Assembly (NCBI GenBank): GCA_964016885.1
Contig: OZ024753.1
Location: 28,520,001 to 28,584,000 of the forward strand
Length of the DNA stretch: 64,000 bases
Direction: 5' to 3'
Origin: Eledone cirrhosa
Lineage: Eukaryota
The notes beneath the pieces were generated by a model. That model ran no database searches. It saw nothing but the letters and a program-made list of their open reading frames with translations, and was not told the origin of the DNA. Shown one piece after another: positions 45,001-56,380 of the stretch; the stretch's first letter is position 1, and each line of letters starts with the position of its first letter. The position numbers and the translations under genes are program-made.

Positions 45001-47799
45001 GCCAGACAGTCACTCATGTATGGGCCTTGGTAGTTACAAAAGACAGCTCTATAAAATTATTACTGCCAGACAGTCACTCATGTATGTGCATTGGTAGTTA
45101 CAAAAGAGAGCTCTATATAATTATTACTGCCAGACAGTCACTCATGTATGGGCCTTGGTAGTTACAAAAGAGAGCTCTATATAATTATTACTGCCAGACA
45201 GTCACTCATGTATGGGCCTTGGTAGTTACAAAAGACAGCTCTATATAATTATTACTGCCAGACAGTCACTCATGTATGGGCCTTGGTAGTTACAAAAGAC
45301 AGCTCTATATAATTATTACTGCCAGACAGTCACTCATGTATGGGCCTTGTTAGTTACAAAAGAGAGCTCTATATAATTATTACTGCCAGACAGTCACTCA
45401 TGTATGGGCCTTGGTAGTTACAAAAGACAGCTCTATATAATTATTACTGCCCGACAGTCACTCATGTATAGGCCTTGGTAGTTACAAAAGAGAGCTCTAT
45501 ATAATTATTACTTCCAAACAGTCACTCATGTATGGGCCTTGGTAGTTACAAAAGACAGCTCTATATAATTATTACTGCCAGACAGTCACTCATGTATAGG
45601 CCTTGGTAGTTAGAAAAGAGAGCTCTATATAATTATTACTGCCAGACAGTCACACATGTATGGGCCTTGGTAGTTACAAAAGAGAGCTCTATATAATTAT
45701 TACTGCCAGACATTCACTCATGTATAGGCCTTGGTAGTTACAAAAGACAGCTCTATATAATTATTACTGTCCGACAGTCACTCATGTATGGGCCTTGGTA
45801 GTTACAAATGACACTTCTATATAATTATTACTGCCAGACAGTCACCGATGTATAGGCCTTGGTAGTTAGAAAATAGAGCTCTATATAATTATTACTGCCA
45901 GACAGTCACTCATGTATGGGCCTTGGTAGTTACAAAAGAGAGCTCTATATAATTATTACTGCCAGACAGTCACTCATGTATGGGCCTTGGTAGTTACAAA
46001 AGAGAGCTCTATATAATTATTACTGCCAGACTTTCACTCATGTATAGGCCTTGGTAGTTACAAAAGACAGCTCTATATAATTATTACTGTCCGACAGTCA
46101 CTCATGTATGGGCCTTGGTAGTTACAAAAGGGAGCTCTATATAATTATTACTGCCAGACAGTCACTCATGTATGGGCCTTGGTAGTTACAAAAGAGAGCT
46201 CTATATAATTATTACTCCCAGACAGCCACTCATGTATGGGCCTTGGTAGTTACAAAAGACAGCTCTATATAATTATTACTGCCAGACAGTCACTCATGTA
46301 TGGGCCTTGGTAGTTACAAAGAGAGCTCTATGTAATTATTACTGCCAGACAGTCACTCATGTATGGGCCTTGGTAGTTACAAAAGACAGCTCTATATAAT
46401 TATTACTGCCAGACAGTCACTCATGTATGGGCCTTGGTAGTTACAAAGAGAGCTCTATGTAATTATTACTGCCAGACAGTCACTCATGTATGGGCCTTGG
46501 TAGTTACAAAGAGAGCTCTATGTAATTATTACTGCCAGACAGTCACTCATGTATGGGCCTTGGTAGTTACAAAAGAGAGCTCTATATAATTATTACTGCC
46601 AGACAGTCACTCATGTATGGGCCTTGGTAGTTACAAAGAGAGCTCTATGTAATTATTACTGCCAGACAGTCACTCATGTATGGGCCTTGGTAGTTACAAA
46701 AGACAGCTCTATATAATTATTACTGCCCGACAGTCACTCATGTATAGGCCTTGGTAGTTACAAAAGAGAGCTCTATATAATTATTACTTCCAAACAGTCA
46801 CTCATGTATGGGCCTTGGTAGTTACAAAAGACAGCTCTATATAATTATTACTGCCAGACAGTCACTCATGTATAGGCCTTGGTAGTTAGAAAAGAGAGCT
46901 CTATATAATTATTACTGCCAGACATTCACTCATGTATAGGCCTTGGTTGTTACAAAAGACAGCTCTATATAATTATTACTGTCCGACAGTCACTCATGTA
47001 TGGGCCTTGGTAGTTACAAATGACACTTCTATATAATTATTACTGCCAGACAGTCACCGATGTATAGGCCTTGGTAGTTAGAAAAGAGAGCTCTATATAA
47101 TTATTACTGCCAGACAGTCACTCATGTATGGGCCTTGGTAGTTACAAAAGAGAGCTCTATATAATTATTACTGCCAGACAGTCACTCATGTATGGGCCTT
47201 GGTAGTTACAAAAGAGAGCTCTATACAATTATTACTGCCAGACTTTCACTCATGTATAGGCCTTGGTAGTTACAAAAGACAGCTCTATGTAATTATTACT
47301 GCCAGACAGTCACTCATGTATGGGCCTTGGTAGTTACAAAAGACAGCTCTATATAATTATTACTGCCAGACAGTCACTCATGTATGGGCCTTGGTAGTTA
47401 CAAAGAGAGCTCTATGTAATTATTACTGCCAGACAGTCACTCATGTATGGGCCTTTGTAGTTACAAAGAGAGCTCTATGTAATTATTACTGCCAGACAGT
47501 CACTCATGTATGGGCCTTGGTAATTACAAAAGAGAGCTCTATATAATTATTACTGCCAGACAGTCACTCATGTATGTGCCTTGGTAGTTACAAAGAGAGC
47601 TCTATGTAATTATTACTGCCAGACAGTCACTCATGTATGGGCCTTGGTAGTTACAAAGAGAGCTCTATGTAATTATTACTGCCAGACAGTCACTCATGTA
47701 TGGGTCTTGGTAGTTACAAAAGACAGCTCTATATAATTATTACTGCCAGACAGTCACTCATGTATGGGTCTTGGTAGTTACAAATGACTCAGCTCTATG
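1..47799. repeat. Satellite DNA array, 64-bp monomer, ~747 copies, continuing beyond the left edge of the window
   Basis: Consensus ATTATTACTGCCAGACAGTCACTCATGTATGGGCCTTGGTAGTTACAAAAGAGAGCTCTATATA. The register repeats every 64 bp (positions 1, 65, 961). Copies typically carry 0-3 substitutions. One 1-bp deletion near 6,978, and 63-bp monomers from ~46,320. Ends at ...CAAATGACTCAGCTCTATG. Confidence 0.99.
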
Positions 47800-48495
47800 A
47801 ACAGATTGAAACAAGACTTTCCAACTGTAGATCAATTATCACATGAGACTGGCATATGTTACCATATATCTACAGACTAAATATTTTACATTATTTCATA
47901 ATGGTTTATAACACTTATAATAGTAAACTCTAACCCTCTCTCATTTTATTTTTAAATGTCTACTTGCAATACATAATTTACAAATATATTTGAATTTACC
48001 ATAACCCCCCACCTTTTTTTTAATGGAGCTTAATTCATTTTAATGTCCTTCTTGTAATCTTCTTTATTCCATTATCTTTATTATTTACAACTTCCATAAA
48101 ATAATATTATTATTTGTTTAAAAACTATCTGACATTTAAAATAACCTGATTGTGAACAGTCACTTCTTTATTGAGAAATCTATAAGCATAAGCTAATATT
48201 ATATATATATATGTGTGTGTGTATGTATGTATGTATGTATATATATATATTACCATCATCAACACTATTTAACATCCATTTTTTTATGCTAGCATGGAAA
48301 TAAAAACATGCACACACACACACACACATATATATATATCATCATTATCATCATCATATATATTTATAGTATATATATATATATATATAGTATATATATA
48401 TAGATATATATATACTATTATTATATATATATAGTATATTATTATATATATATAGTATATATATTTATATATATTACTATATTATTATATTATAT

Positions 48496-49075
48496 CATCA
48501 TCATCATCATCATCATCAACGTTTAACGTCCGTGTTCCACGCTTGCATGGGTTTGGACGGGGGTAGTCCCACTTGAGGCAAGAGTGATTTTCTTGCTCGC
48601 ATAGGACTGTCTGGCAGGTTTTCTACAGTTGGATGCCCTTCCTAACACCAACCACATTTACAGTGTGGGTCTGGGAGGTTTTTACCGTGTTGCCTACACG
48701 GCCACATTACAGCGTGGACTGTGTGTTTTTTTGTCGTGACACCTACACGATCTCATTTGTTTCGGCCTGGATGGCGCGGCACCAACATAACTTTACATAG
48801 AACGGGGTGGTGTGGATGGGGTGGGGGTGGTGGTGGTGGGACGGGGTGTATTTTGTTAGAGATGCCTACTGGCAAGGCGGGTCTTCTCTATTACTGAGTA
48901 CCGCCAAAGGTCTCGGTCCAGTGACATTGTCTTGGTGAGGTGTAAGTGTGTGAGGTCGGAGTTTATCAGCTCGTCCCAGGTTTTTCTGGGTCTGCCTATT
49001 CCGTGGCTACCGTCTATCTTTATTGCCCTGCACTTTGTTATACAGCTATCATCCTTCATGCGCATCACGTGACCA
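48496..49075 (-). mobile_element. 5'-truncated RTE-clade LINE 3' end (ORF2 C-terminus, 3' UTR, (GAT)n tail)
   Basis: Minus-strand peptide GHVMRMKDDSCITKCRAIKIDGSHGIGRPRKTWDELI...DRDLWR fits the GHV..R / GRP..W / R..WR motifs of the RTE ORF2 C-terminus. The 3' end is a (CAT)n run on the + strand, and the flanks are (TA)n. Confidence 0.85.
48856..49075 (-). pseudogene. RTE LINE ORF2 C-terminal fragment
   Basis: ORF track 48856..49068, extended upstream through GHV. It is truncated against a TA run and has no RT core. Confidence 0.8.
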
Positions 49076-49127
49076 TTTTATATATATAATATAATATATA
49101 TAGTATATATATTATATATATATATAT

Positions 49128-49442
49128 ACCACCCCGTTCTATGTAAAGTTATGTTGGTGCCGCGCCATCCAGGCCGAAACAAATGAGATCGTGTAGGTGT
49201 CACGACAAAAAAACACACAGTCCACGCTGTAATGTGGCCGTGTAGGCAACACGGTAAAAACCTCCCAGACCCACACTGTAAATGTGGTTGGTGTTAGGAA
49301 GGGCATCCAACTGTAGAAAACCTGCCAGACAGTCCTATGCGAGCAAGACAATCACTCTTGCTTCAAGTAGGACTACCCCCGTCCAAACCCATGCAAGCGT
49401 GGAACACGGACGTTAAACGTTGATGATGATGATGATGATGAT
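49128..49442 (+). mobile_element. Second copy of the same RTE 3' UTR, inverted relative to the first
   Basis: Reverse complement of 48496-48811 with only about 3 visible mismatches. Ends in (GAT)n. Confidence 0.9.
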
Positions 49443-49603
49443 ATATAATATATATAGTATATATATATAATATAGTATATATATATAATATATATATTAT
49501 ATATATATTACATTATTATATTATATATCTATTATATATATTATTATATTATTATATATATATAGTATATATATATAAATATATATATAGTATATATATA
49601 TAG

Positions 49604-49634
<31 letters not shown>

Positions 49635-49635
<1 letters not shown>

Positions 49636-49997
49636 AGACCCGCCTTACCTAAGTACAAAGTGAAACCTACTACAGTCAGTAGGCACCTCTAACAAAATAC
49701 ACCCCCGTCCCACTACCCACACCCCATCCACACCACCCCTTTCAATGTAAAGTTATGTTGGTGTCACAACATCCAGCCCGAAACACACAGTCCACGCTGT
49801 AATGTGGCCGTGTAGGTAACACGGTAAAAACCTCCCAGTTCCACACTGTAAACGTGGTTGGTGTTAGGAAGGGCATCCAGCCGTAGAAAACCCGCCAGAC
49901 AGTCCTATGCGAGCAAGTCAACCACTCTTACCTCAAGTGGGAAAACTCCTGTCCAGACCCATGCAAGCGTGGAATATGGACATTAAACGATGATGAT
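49635..49997 (+). mobile_element. Third, more diverged copy of the RTE 3' end
   Basis: Shares GTTAGGAAGGGCATCCA...GCCAGACAGTCCTATGCGAGCAAG...CCCATGCAAGCGTGGAA...TTAAACGATGATGAT with the other copies. Has an internal deletion and more substitutions. Confidence 0.85.
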
Positions 49998-51142
49998 TGA
50001 TATATAACTATATCAATATAGTTATAAGAACATCCCCACTAGAGAGCACTAACAAGTTTGATTTAAAACGTAGCACAATGGAAAGCATCCAGCAGATAGC
50101 TAATTCCATACACCAGAGTATAACTGTAACTATCGACTACCCTTCCAAACACCCTAACAATAGACTACCTGTATTAGACACGGAACTCTGGATTAACACT
50201 ATAGACGAGAGAGCCCAAATTCTCCACTCACATTATGCTAAATCCATGGCCTCCAAATACCTGATACTCAAAAACTCAGCAATGTCCAGTAGTGCTAAGT
50301 TTAATATTCTGATCGCAGATTTGGTACGAGTGATGAAGAATGTGTCCCGCATGTGCGACCCAACAGAAATGGAAAGACACATCCAACACTTCATCAACCG
50401 CATGCAGTTCTCTGGCTACAACCAAAGAGACAGAGTCAGAGTATATGAAGGAGCCATGGAGAAGTATAAGACCCTCATAGAACTGGATATGAAAGGAATT
50501 TGCCCATTATACAGGAGCAAATCATGGAATAGCTTAGATAGGGCTAGACATAAGATAGGGAAAGCCACCTCATGGTACGACAACCAGAGATACCAGAGTG
50601 TCATGTTTGTGGACGCTACCCCTGGAGGGAAATTAGCTAACCAGTGTAGAAAGGCCCTGAGAAAGATTAAGGTGGTAGAAAAGCCAGGAACCACCATAAA
50701 ATCCCTGATCAGCAAAACCTACCCTTTTAAGAAAACCCACTGTACTAATAGAAAATGTATCATATGTAAGGTAACCCCCCGGATAAACTGTAAAACTAGA
50801 AACGTAGTCTATAGCATAAGATGTACAGAGGGTACTTGCAGAAACATGACAACAACATACATAGGCGAAACAGCTCGTAGCATAGGTGAAAGGATAGACC
50901 AACACTGGGGGGAACTAAAAGGATGAAAAAACGGGTCAGTACTATACGAACATGCCAGACAACACGACGGTAACATAGACAACATAGAAATTAGAATAAT
51001 ATCTAAACATAGAAATGACCCAGCAGATAGGCAAATCAGAGAGGCCAGTGAAATAGAACTTAGAAGGCCAAGACTAAACAGAAAGAATGAATGGAATAAC
51101 AACAACACCCAAACAAACAACACTGACCTAAGAGAAGTATAA
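49997..51142 (+). pseudogene. PLE RT-thumb / GIY-YIG endonuclease ORF, interrupted by one in-frame TGA at 50924-50926
   Basis: After the TGA the same frame continues for 71 codons (KNGSVLYEHARQHDG...DPADRQIREASEIELRRPRLNRKNEW...) to TAA at 51140-51142. This stretch contains the catalytic Glu and conserved Asn motifs of GIY-YIG. The RT catalytic core is missing. Confidence 0.85.
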
Positions 51143-51662
51143 ATAAATAAATAAATAAATAGATAAATAAATAAATAAATACATACACAAGCACAATAAC
51201 AACAAACACATATAAACACACACTAGTAAAGATAGAATACATTAACCAATACACAGTCACCCAATCACGAACACACATCAAACAAAACACTATACACACA
51301 CGCAAACGCATGCGCAAAGAAGACAAAATAAAATAAACAAACAAACAAATAAATAAATAAATATATAAACAGACTAAATAAAGATGGCGTAGACATACAA
51401 TGTAACGGGAGGAAACAATAGCACCAGTGACGATGTTGCAGATGTGCAACGAAAGAACTTTGATAAACTATATATATGTGTTTGTATCTATATTGTATCT
51501 GTATTATTTTTGACCGTTGGTCAGTCAATGGCAACATTGAGGACCGAATAAATTAGATTACTGATATAAAAGACACAGAAGCGAAAAGCGAAAACCAACC
51601 AAACAGTGAGTGTGTTCTGTTATTAATTCTGGCAATATTACACAAATATGACCCTCCCCAAG

Positions 51663-51668
<6 letters not shown>
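50000..51668 (+). mobile_element. 5'-truncated Penelope-like retroelement (Naiad-like)
   Basis: Encodes a PLE RT C-terminus/thumb (IANSI...DYPS...LPVLD, HYAKSMAS, SGY, CPLYRS), a Cys-rich linker (CTNRKCIIC) and a GIY-YIG nuclease (VVY...C...C...YIGET.R...R..QH). The 3' region has a decayed hammerhead and ends at (TA)n. Confidence 0.88.
51418..51471 (+). ncRNA. Decayed type I hammerhead ribozyme in the PLE 3' region
   Basis: ATAGCACCA-GTGACGA-T-GTTGCA(GATG)TGCAAC-GAAA-GAAC-TT-TGATAAACTAT. Stem II and GAAA are intact, C3 is changed to G, and stem I is partly mismatched. Confidence 0.6.
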
Positions 51669-51694
<26 letters not shown>

Positions 51695-51695
<1 letters not shown>

Positions 51696-51870
51696 CATCA
51701 TCATCATCATCATCATTTCATTTTACGTCCGCTTTTTCCCTGCTTGCAAGGGTGGGACGGGAACTGATTCTGGCTTGATTTCTACAGCTGGATGCCCTTC
51801 CTAACACCAACCTCATTTACAGTGAGTGCTGGGTGCTTTTTTTGCCGTGGCACCTTCACGACCACTTTGC
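51695..51870 (-). mobile_element. RTE-related 3' tail (SINE or LINE end) with (GAT)n
   Basis: Shares TTTCTACAG.TGGATGCCCTTCCTAACACCAACC with the RTE copies and starts with (CAT)n. Confidence 0.7.
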
Positions 51871-51909
51871 AGTGGAATGATAGGGACCCCAGTCCCTATC
51901 ATCTTATTT

Positions 51910-52017
51910 CTACAGCTGAGCAAACTGGAGCAATGTGAAATAAAGTGTCTTGCTCAAGGAAACAACACATCACCCGGTCTGAGAATTGAACTCACAACCT
52001 TTCGATTGCAAGGCCAA
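51910..52017 (-). mobile_element. tRNA-derived CORE-like SINE fragment
   Basis: Minus strand has a B box (GAGTTCAATTC) followed by CCTTGAGCAAGACACTTTATTTCA, the same motif as at 56534-56557. Confidence 0.7.
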
Positions 52018-52084
52018 TATATATATATATATATAGTATATATATATGTATATATAGTATATATATATAGTATTTATATATATA

Positions 52085-52122
<38 letters not shown>

Positions 52123-52151
52123 GTATTTATATATATAAATATATATATATA

Positions 52152-52208
<57 letters not shown>

Positions 52209-52249
52209 TATATAGTATTTATATATATATATATAGTATATATATATAG

Positions 52250-52281
<32 letters not shown>

Positions 52282-52322
52282 TCGTTTCTGAATTTGTTGG
52301 CAACATGACCCTCCCAAAGTAT

Positions 52323-52364
<42 letters not shown>

Positions 52365-52367
52365 TAT

Positions 52368-52402
<35 letters not shown>

Positions 52403-52482
52403 GTATATATATATAGTATATATATATATATATAGTATATATATATATATATATAGTATTTATATATATAAATATATATATA

Positions 52483-52526
<44 letters not shown>

Positions 52527-52646
52527 TTTATATATATAAATATATATATAGTATATATATATAGTATTTATATATATAAATATATATATATATATATAGT
52601 ATATATATATATATAGTATTTATATATATAAATATATATATATATA

Positions 52647-52688
<42 letters not shown>

Positions 52689-52770
52689 TTTATATATATA
52701 AATATATATATATATATATAGTATATATATATATATATAGTATTTATATATATAAATATATATATATATA

Positions 52771-52808
<38 letters not shown>

Positions 52809-53018
52809 TTTATATATATAAATATATATATATATATATAGTATATATATATATATATATATATATAGTATATATATATATATAGTATTTATATATAATT
52901 ATATATATATATATATATAGTATATATATATAGTATTTATATATATAAACATATATATAGTATATATATATATATAGTATATATATATATATAGTATTTA
53001 TATATATAAATATATATA

Positions 53019-53052
<34 letters not shown>

Positions 53053-53111
53053 TTTATATATATAAATATATATATAGTATATATATATATATAGTATATA
53101 TATATAGTATT

Positions 53112-53162
<51 letters not shown>

Positions 53163-53164
53163 TT

Positions 53165-53200
<36 letters not shown>

Positions 53201-53205
53201 GTATT

Positions 53206-53241
<36 letters not shown>

Positions 53242-53365
53242 GTATATATATATATATATATATATAGTATATATATATATATAGTATTTATATATAATTA
53301 TATATATATATATATATATATAGTATATATATATAGTATTTATATATATAAACATATATATATAT
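52017..53365. repeat. Compound (TA)n tract of ~1.35 kb with recurring TAGTATTTATATATATAAA interruptions
   Basis: Almost pure A/T, apart from a unique 45-bp island at 52281-52326. Confidence 0.95.
52281..52326 (+). mobile_element. Short 3'-terminal fragment related to the PLE end
   Basis: ATGACCCTCCCAAAGTATAA (52305-52324) versus ATGACCCTCCCCAAGTATAA (51648-51667). Both directly precede (TA)n. Confidence 0.6.
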
Positions 53366-53495
53366 TAGCACCCCAAACACTTAAATTGAGTTTATATTTT
53401 AATATAACCTAATGTTTGTTGAGTGAGATGGTTACCAGTCAGAGTTTAGCTTTAAACTATCTCTGTTATTGTATTAAATATATATAGTATATATA

Positions 53496-53534
<39 letters not shown>

Positions 53535-54440
53535 TATATAGTAATAATAATAAATGTGAAGACTTAAACTTTAACCTGTTATTTTAATAAATATAGTATA
53601 TATATATATATATATATATAAATACACTCACACACACATATATATTTATATAAAGAAATGAATGCATACACACACATATAAAGCATCAAGTGCATCCTCT
53701 TGTTTTATCCTCTGCTAGTATTTAAATAACTCTAGAATGAAGAAGTCCTTAGTCTTCATGATAAACTCCTAAGATGCTGGAAGGTCATTTAGTGATACAA
53801 TTTTAAAACAAAACAAAACACAAGCTGGAATATCTAGACCTGTCCATGTCACATGTCAATTTGTAAAAAAATGGCAGACATCTTGTCTGAGAATTTGATT
53901 GAACATGTGTATATATGTGTATATACACTATTGAGCTAACTGAGACTATGTAAATGTGTATATAAATGTACACATGTTTACTATATAGACATGTAAACAT
54001 ACTAAATATACGTATTTCGCTGTAAATAAGTTTATTGTAAACTTTGTCTGATTAGGACACAACTTTGTGTATGTGTGTGTGTGAGTGTGTGTATGCATGT
54101 GTGCGTATGTGTGTACGTGTGTACATGCATAAGTATGTGAGGGTGTGTATGTGTGTGTAAATGATTTAATTTAAAGAGTTTATATGTACAATGATACCTA
54201 CCTTTAGGGTCTCCAAGAGAAATTTTACAAAGCAATACAAGACCCCTTTGTGGCACAAAGCAGGCAAAGATTTTTCTCAAAATGGGTGTTACATGGTTGC
54301 TGTGGGGCCTTCTTGGGTCCTGCCTATCTTTAACAATTTTAATTATTTAAGAATTTCAACAGTAAAGGGATGAGACTGGGTCACAAATCTGGTGTTCCAT
54401 TTGAACTCAGGAATAGGTGGTGCAGACCAAATCTAGAACC

Positions 54441-54652
54441 ACTAGTTTGACCATTAAAACTAGTTAGACCATTAAAACCAGTAAGGCCATTAAAACTAGC
54501 AAGGCCATTACAGCTAGTTAGACCATTAAAACTAGTCAGACCATTAAAACCAGTTAAACAATTAAAACTAGTTAGACCATTAAAACTAGTTAGTCTATTA
54601 AAACTAGTCAGAAAATTAAAACTAGTTAGACCATTAAAACTAGTTAGACAAT
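54441..54652. repeat. Minisatellite, 18-bp unit ACTAGTTAGACCATTAAA, ~12 copies
   Basis: Direct 18-bp periodicity with few substitutions. Confidence 0.95.
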
Positions 54653-54693
54653 ACTCAACAGATTACTCGATACTTGGGGTAGTAGAGCATGGC

Positions 54694-54813
54694 TATATTA
54701 TAAAGAGTTGGGACCCAACGGCTGAGCTCTTGCCATTTCCAGACTCTAGAGTCTCGAACTAGCTGTTGAAAAAGCAAGAACTCAGCCGTTGGGTTCAGAC
54801 TCTTTATAATATA
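54694..54813. repeat. 40-bp inverted repeat with a 40-bp spacer (small MITE-like hairpin)
   Basis: TATATTATAAAGAGTTGGGACCCAACGGCTGAGCTCTTGC (54694-54733) pairs with 54774-54813 with about 4 mismatches. The spacer contains the palindrome AGACTCTAGAGTCT. Confidence 0.8.
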
Positions 54814-54883
54814 TATATACAATTGTAAAGGAATCTTAACCATACATCCATACCTATACTTATATCAGATGAGTAATAATTGT

Positions 54884-54994
54884 TTCTACTTTTGGCACAA
54901 GGCCAGCAATTACCCAGTGCATTACTGGTACTTTATTTTATTGACCCTGTAAGGATGAAAGGCAAAGTTAACCTCGGCGGGATTTGAACTCAGA
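54884..54994 (-). mobile_element. tRNA-derived SINE fragment
   Basis: Minus-strand B box GAGTTCAAATCC, followed by TTTGCCTTTCATCCTTACAGGGTCAATAAAATAAAGTACCAG, a central-domain-like motif of invertebrate SINEs (recognised from memory). Confidence 0.65.
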
Positions 54995-55390
54995 CCATCT
55001 TTGTTATAAAGCATGGCATCAGACCCTCTACCGATGAGTAATAATGCATAGAACTAAGAAAACAGAAACAATTTTTACATAAGATACAAAAATAATAAGT
55101 TTGTTATGAAAAGTTTCTTGTATTATGAATATCTTAAAGAGATCACTTCTTTTTTCTTTTATTTTTTACAATCAAAATATTGTCTCTATGCTCTTAATAA
55201 TAGATCAACTCAGGCCATTTTGTAATGGTTAAATAAACTTTGAAACAAAAAAAAAGCAAATGGATATATGAATTTCAACTTTAAATCTAAATCAGTGAAG
55301 GTGGGAAATGGGGGGGGGGGGGGTTGCAAACTGGTTTTGTAAAAATATATTTTTAAAAAGGAAGGAAACCCTGATTGTCAGTTAAGATTT

Positions 55391-55549
55391 ATAACAATAA
55401 CAACAACAACAACAACAACAGCAGTAACAATGATAATAATGCTTTCTTTATTATTATGATAATAATAATAATAATAACAACAACAACAGCAATAATAATA
55501 ATAATAAAGATATAAAAATAAAAATAATAGTAATAGTAATAATAATAAA
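55391..55549. repeat. Compound (AAC)n/(AAT)n microsatellite
   Basis: Direct reading of the sequence. Confidence 0.9.
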
Positions 55550-56121
55550 TCCTGTCTTTATTTTCTTCCCAGATCAAAATATAATCTTTTTCAAATTTAA
55601 TCATATGAAAACATTGCAATTCAATCTGCTGTAACATCACAAGTCAGAAACAAAACAAACAAATGGATTTCTAAATACATATTGAAGTTCCTGAGTTTGG
55701 ATAAGTTTGTGATGCCACGGACAGTGGAGGAGATGGTGGATGGGGATAAAGGATATTGATGTTTTGGGGACTGACACAGCATCAGAGGAAAGAATAATTT
55801 TATTTTATCCCATCTCAGACAAAGGGTCACCCTCCCTCTTTCCCCACGTCAATAACTTCCATTTCTTCCTATGGTATCATCATCATGATCATCATAATTT
55901 TTCTAACTGCTTTTCCATACATCCAGTACTGAACCCTCTACTGTTTTCTTTGTCATATAGTACTTTGTTGTTGTGAAACAAAGACAGACAGGTATACTTT
56001 ATATATATATATAACCAAAGATTAGTATGGTTTTACAATAGATTAGAAGCACTCAACAAAGGGGTTTTCCTGGAGTTTTTAATATTATTCAAAATGTTAA
56101 CAAATGAAAAATATTCTCATA

Positions 56122-56206
56122 ATCAAAATATATACTTTATTATACATATTTCAAAGGTACAATGGTGTTTAAGTACGTTTTCATCAGACAAAATATATGA
56201 TTTGAT
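56122..56206 (-). ncRNA. Type I hammerhead ribozyme, family A, minus-strand copy
   Basis: Mirror image of 56296-56380. TCATCAG and TTTC are present on the + strand. Confidence 0.78.
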
Positions 56207-56295
56207 ACGCAACATACCGCTACGGTTTTGATTATTCAATTCCAGTATTGGCAGTACTGGAATTGAATAATCAAAACCGTAGCGGTATGTCACGT

Positions 56296-56380
56296 ATCAA
56301 ATCATATATTTTGTCTGATGAAAACGTACTTAAACACCATTGTACCTTTGAAATATGTATAATAAAATATATATTTTGAT
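56296..56380 (+). ncRNA. Type I hammerhead ribozyme, family A
   Basis: Stem I ATATATTTTGT (56304-14) pairs with ATAAAATATAT (56362-72), plus ATCAAA/TTTGAT. Core CTGATGA at 56315-21, stem II AAACGTAC/GTACCTTT, GAAA at 56350-53, self-complementary stem III ATATGTAT. Predicted cleavage after AUA at 56361. Confidence 0.8.

Noticed and set aside
1-47799. CRISPR array or spacer-bearing repeat
   Set aside because: Monomers are contiguous with no unique spacers, there are no cas genes, and the context is eukaryotic.
48804-48846. G-quadruplex-like run
   Set aside because: It is part of the RTE 3' UTR and G-rich on the antisense strand. There is no evidence of a separate function.
51427-51454. SECIS element (GUGA...GA hairpin)
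   Set aside because: The helix is too short and lacks the apical AA. The motif is better explained as a hammerhead core.
50416-51537. Several minus-strand ORFs
   Set aside because: They are antisense shadows of the PLE ORF and of (AAAT)n/CA-rich low complexity.
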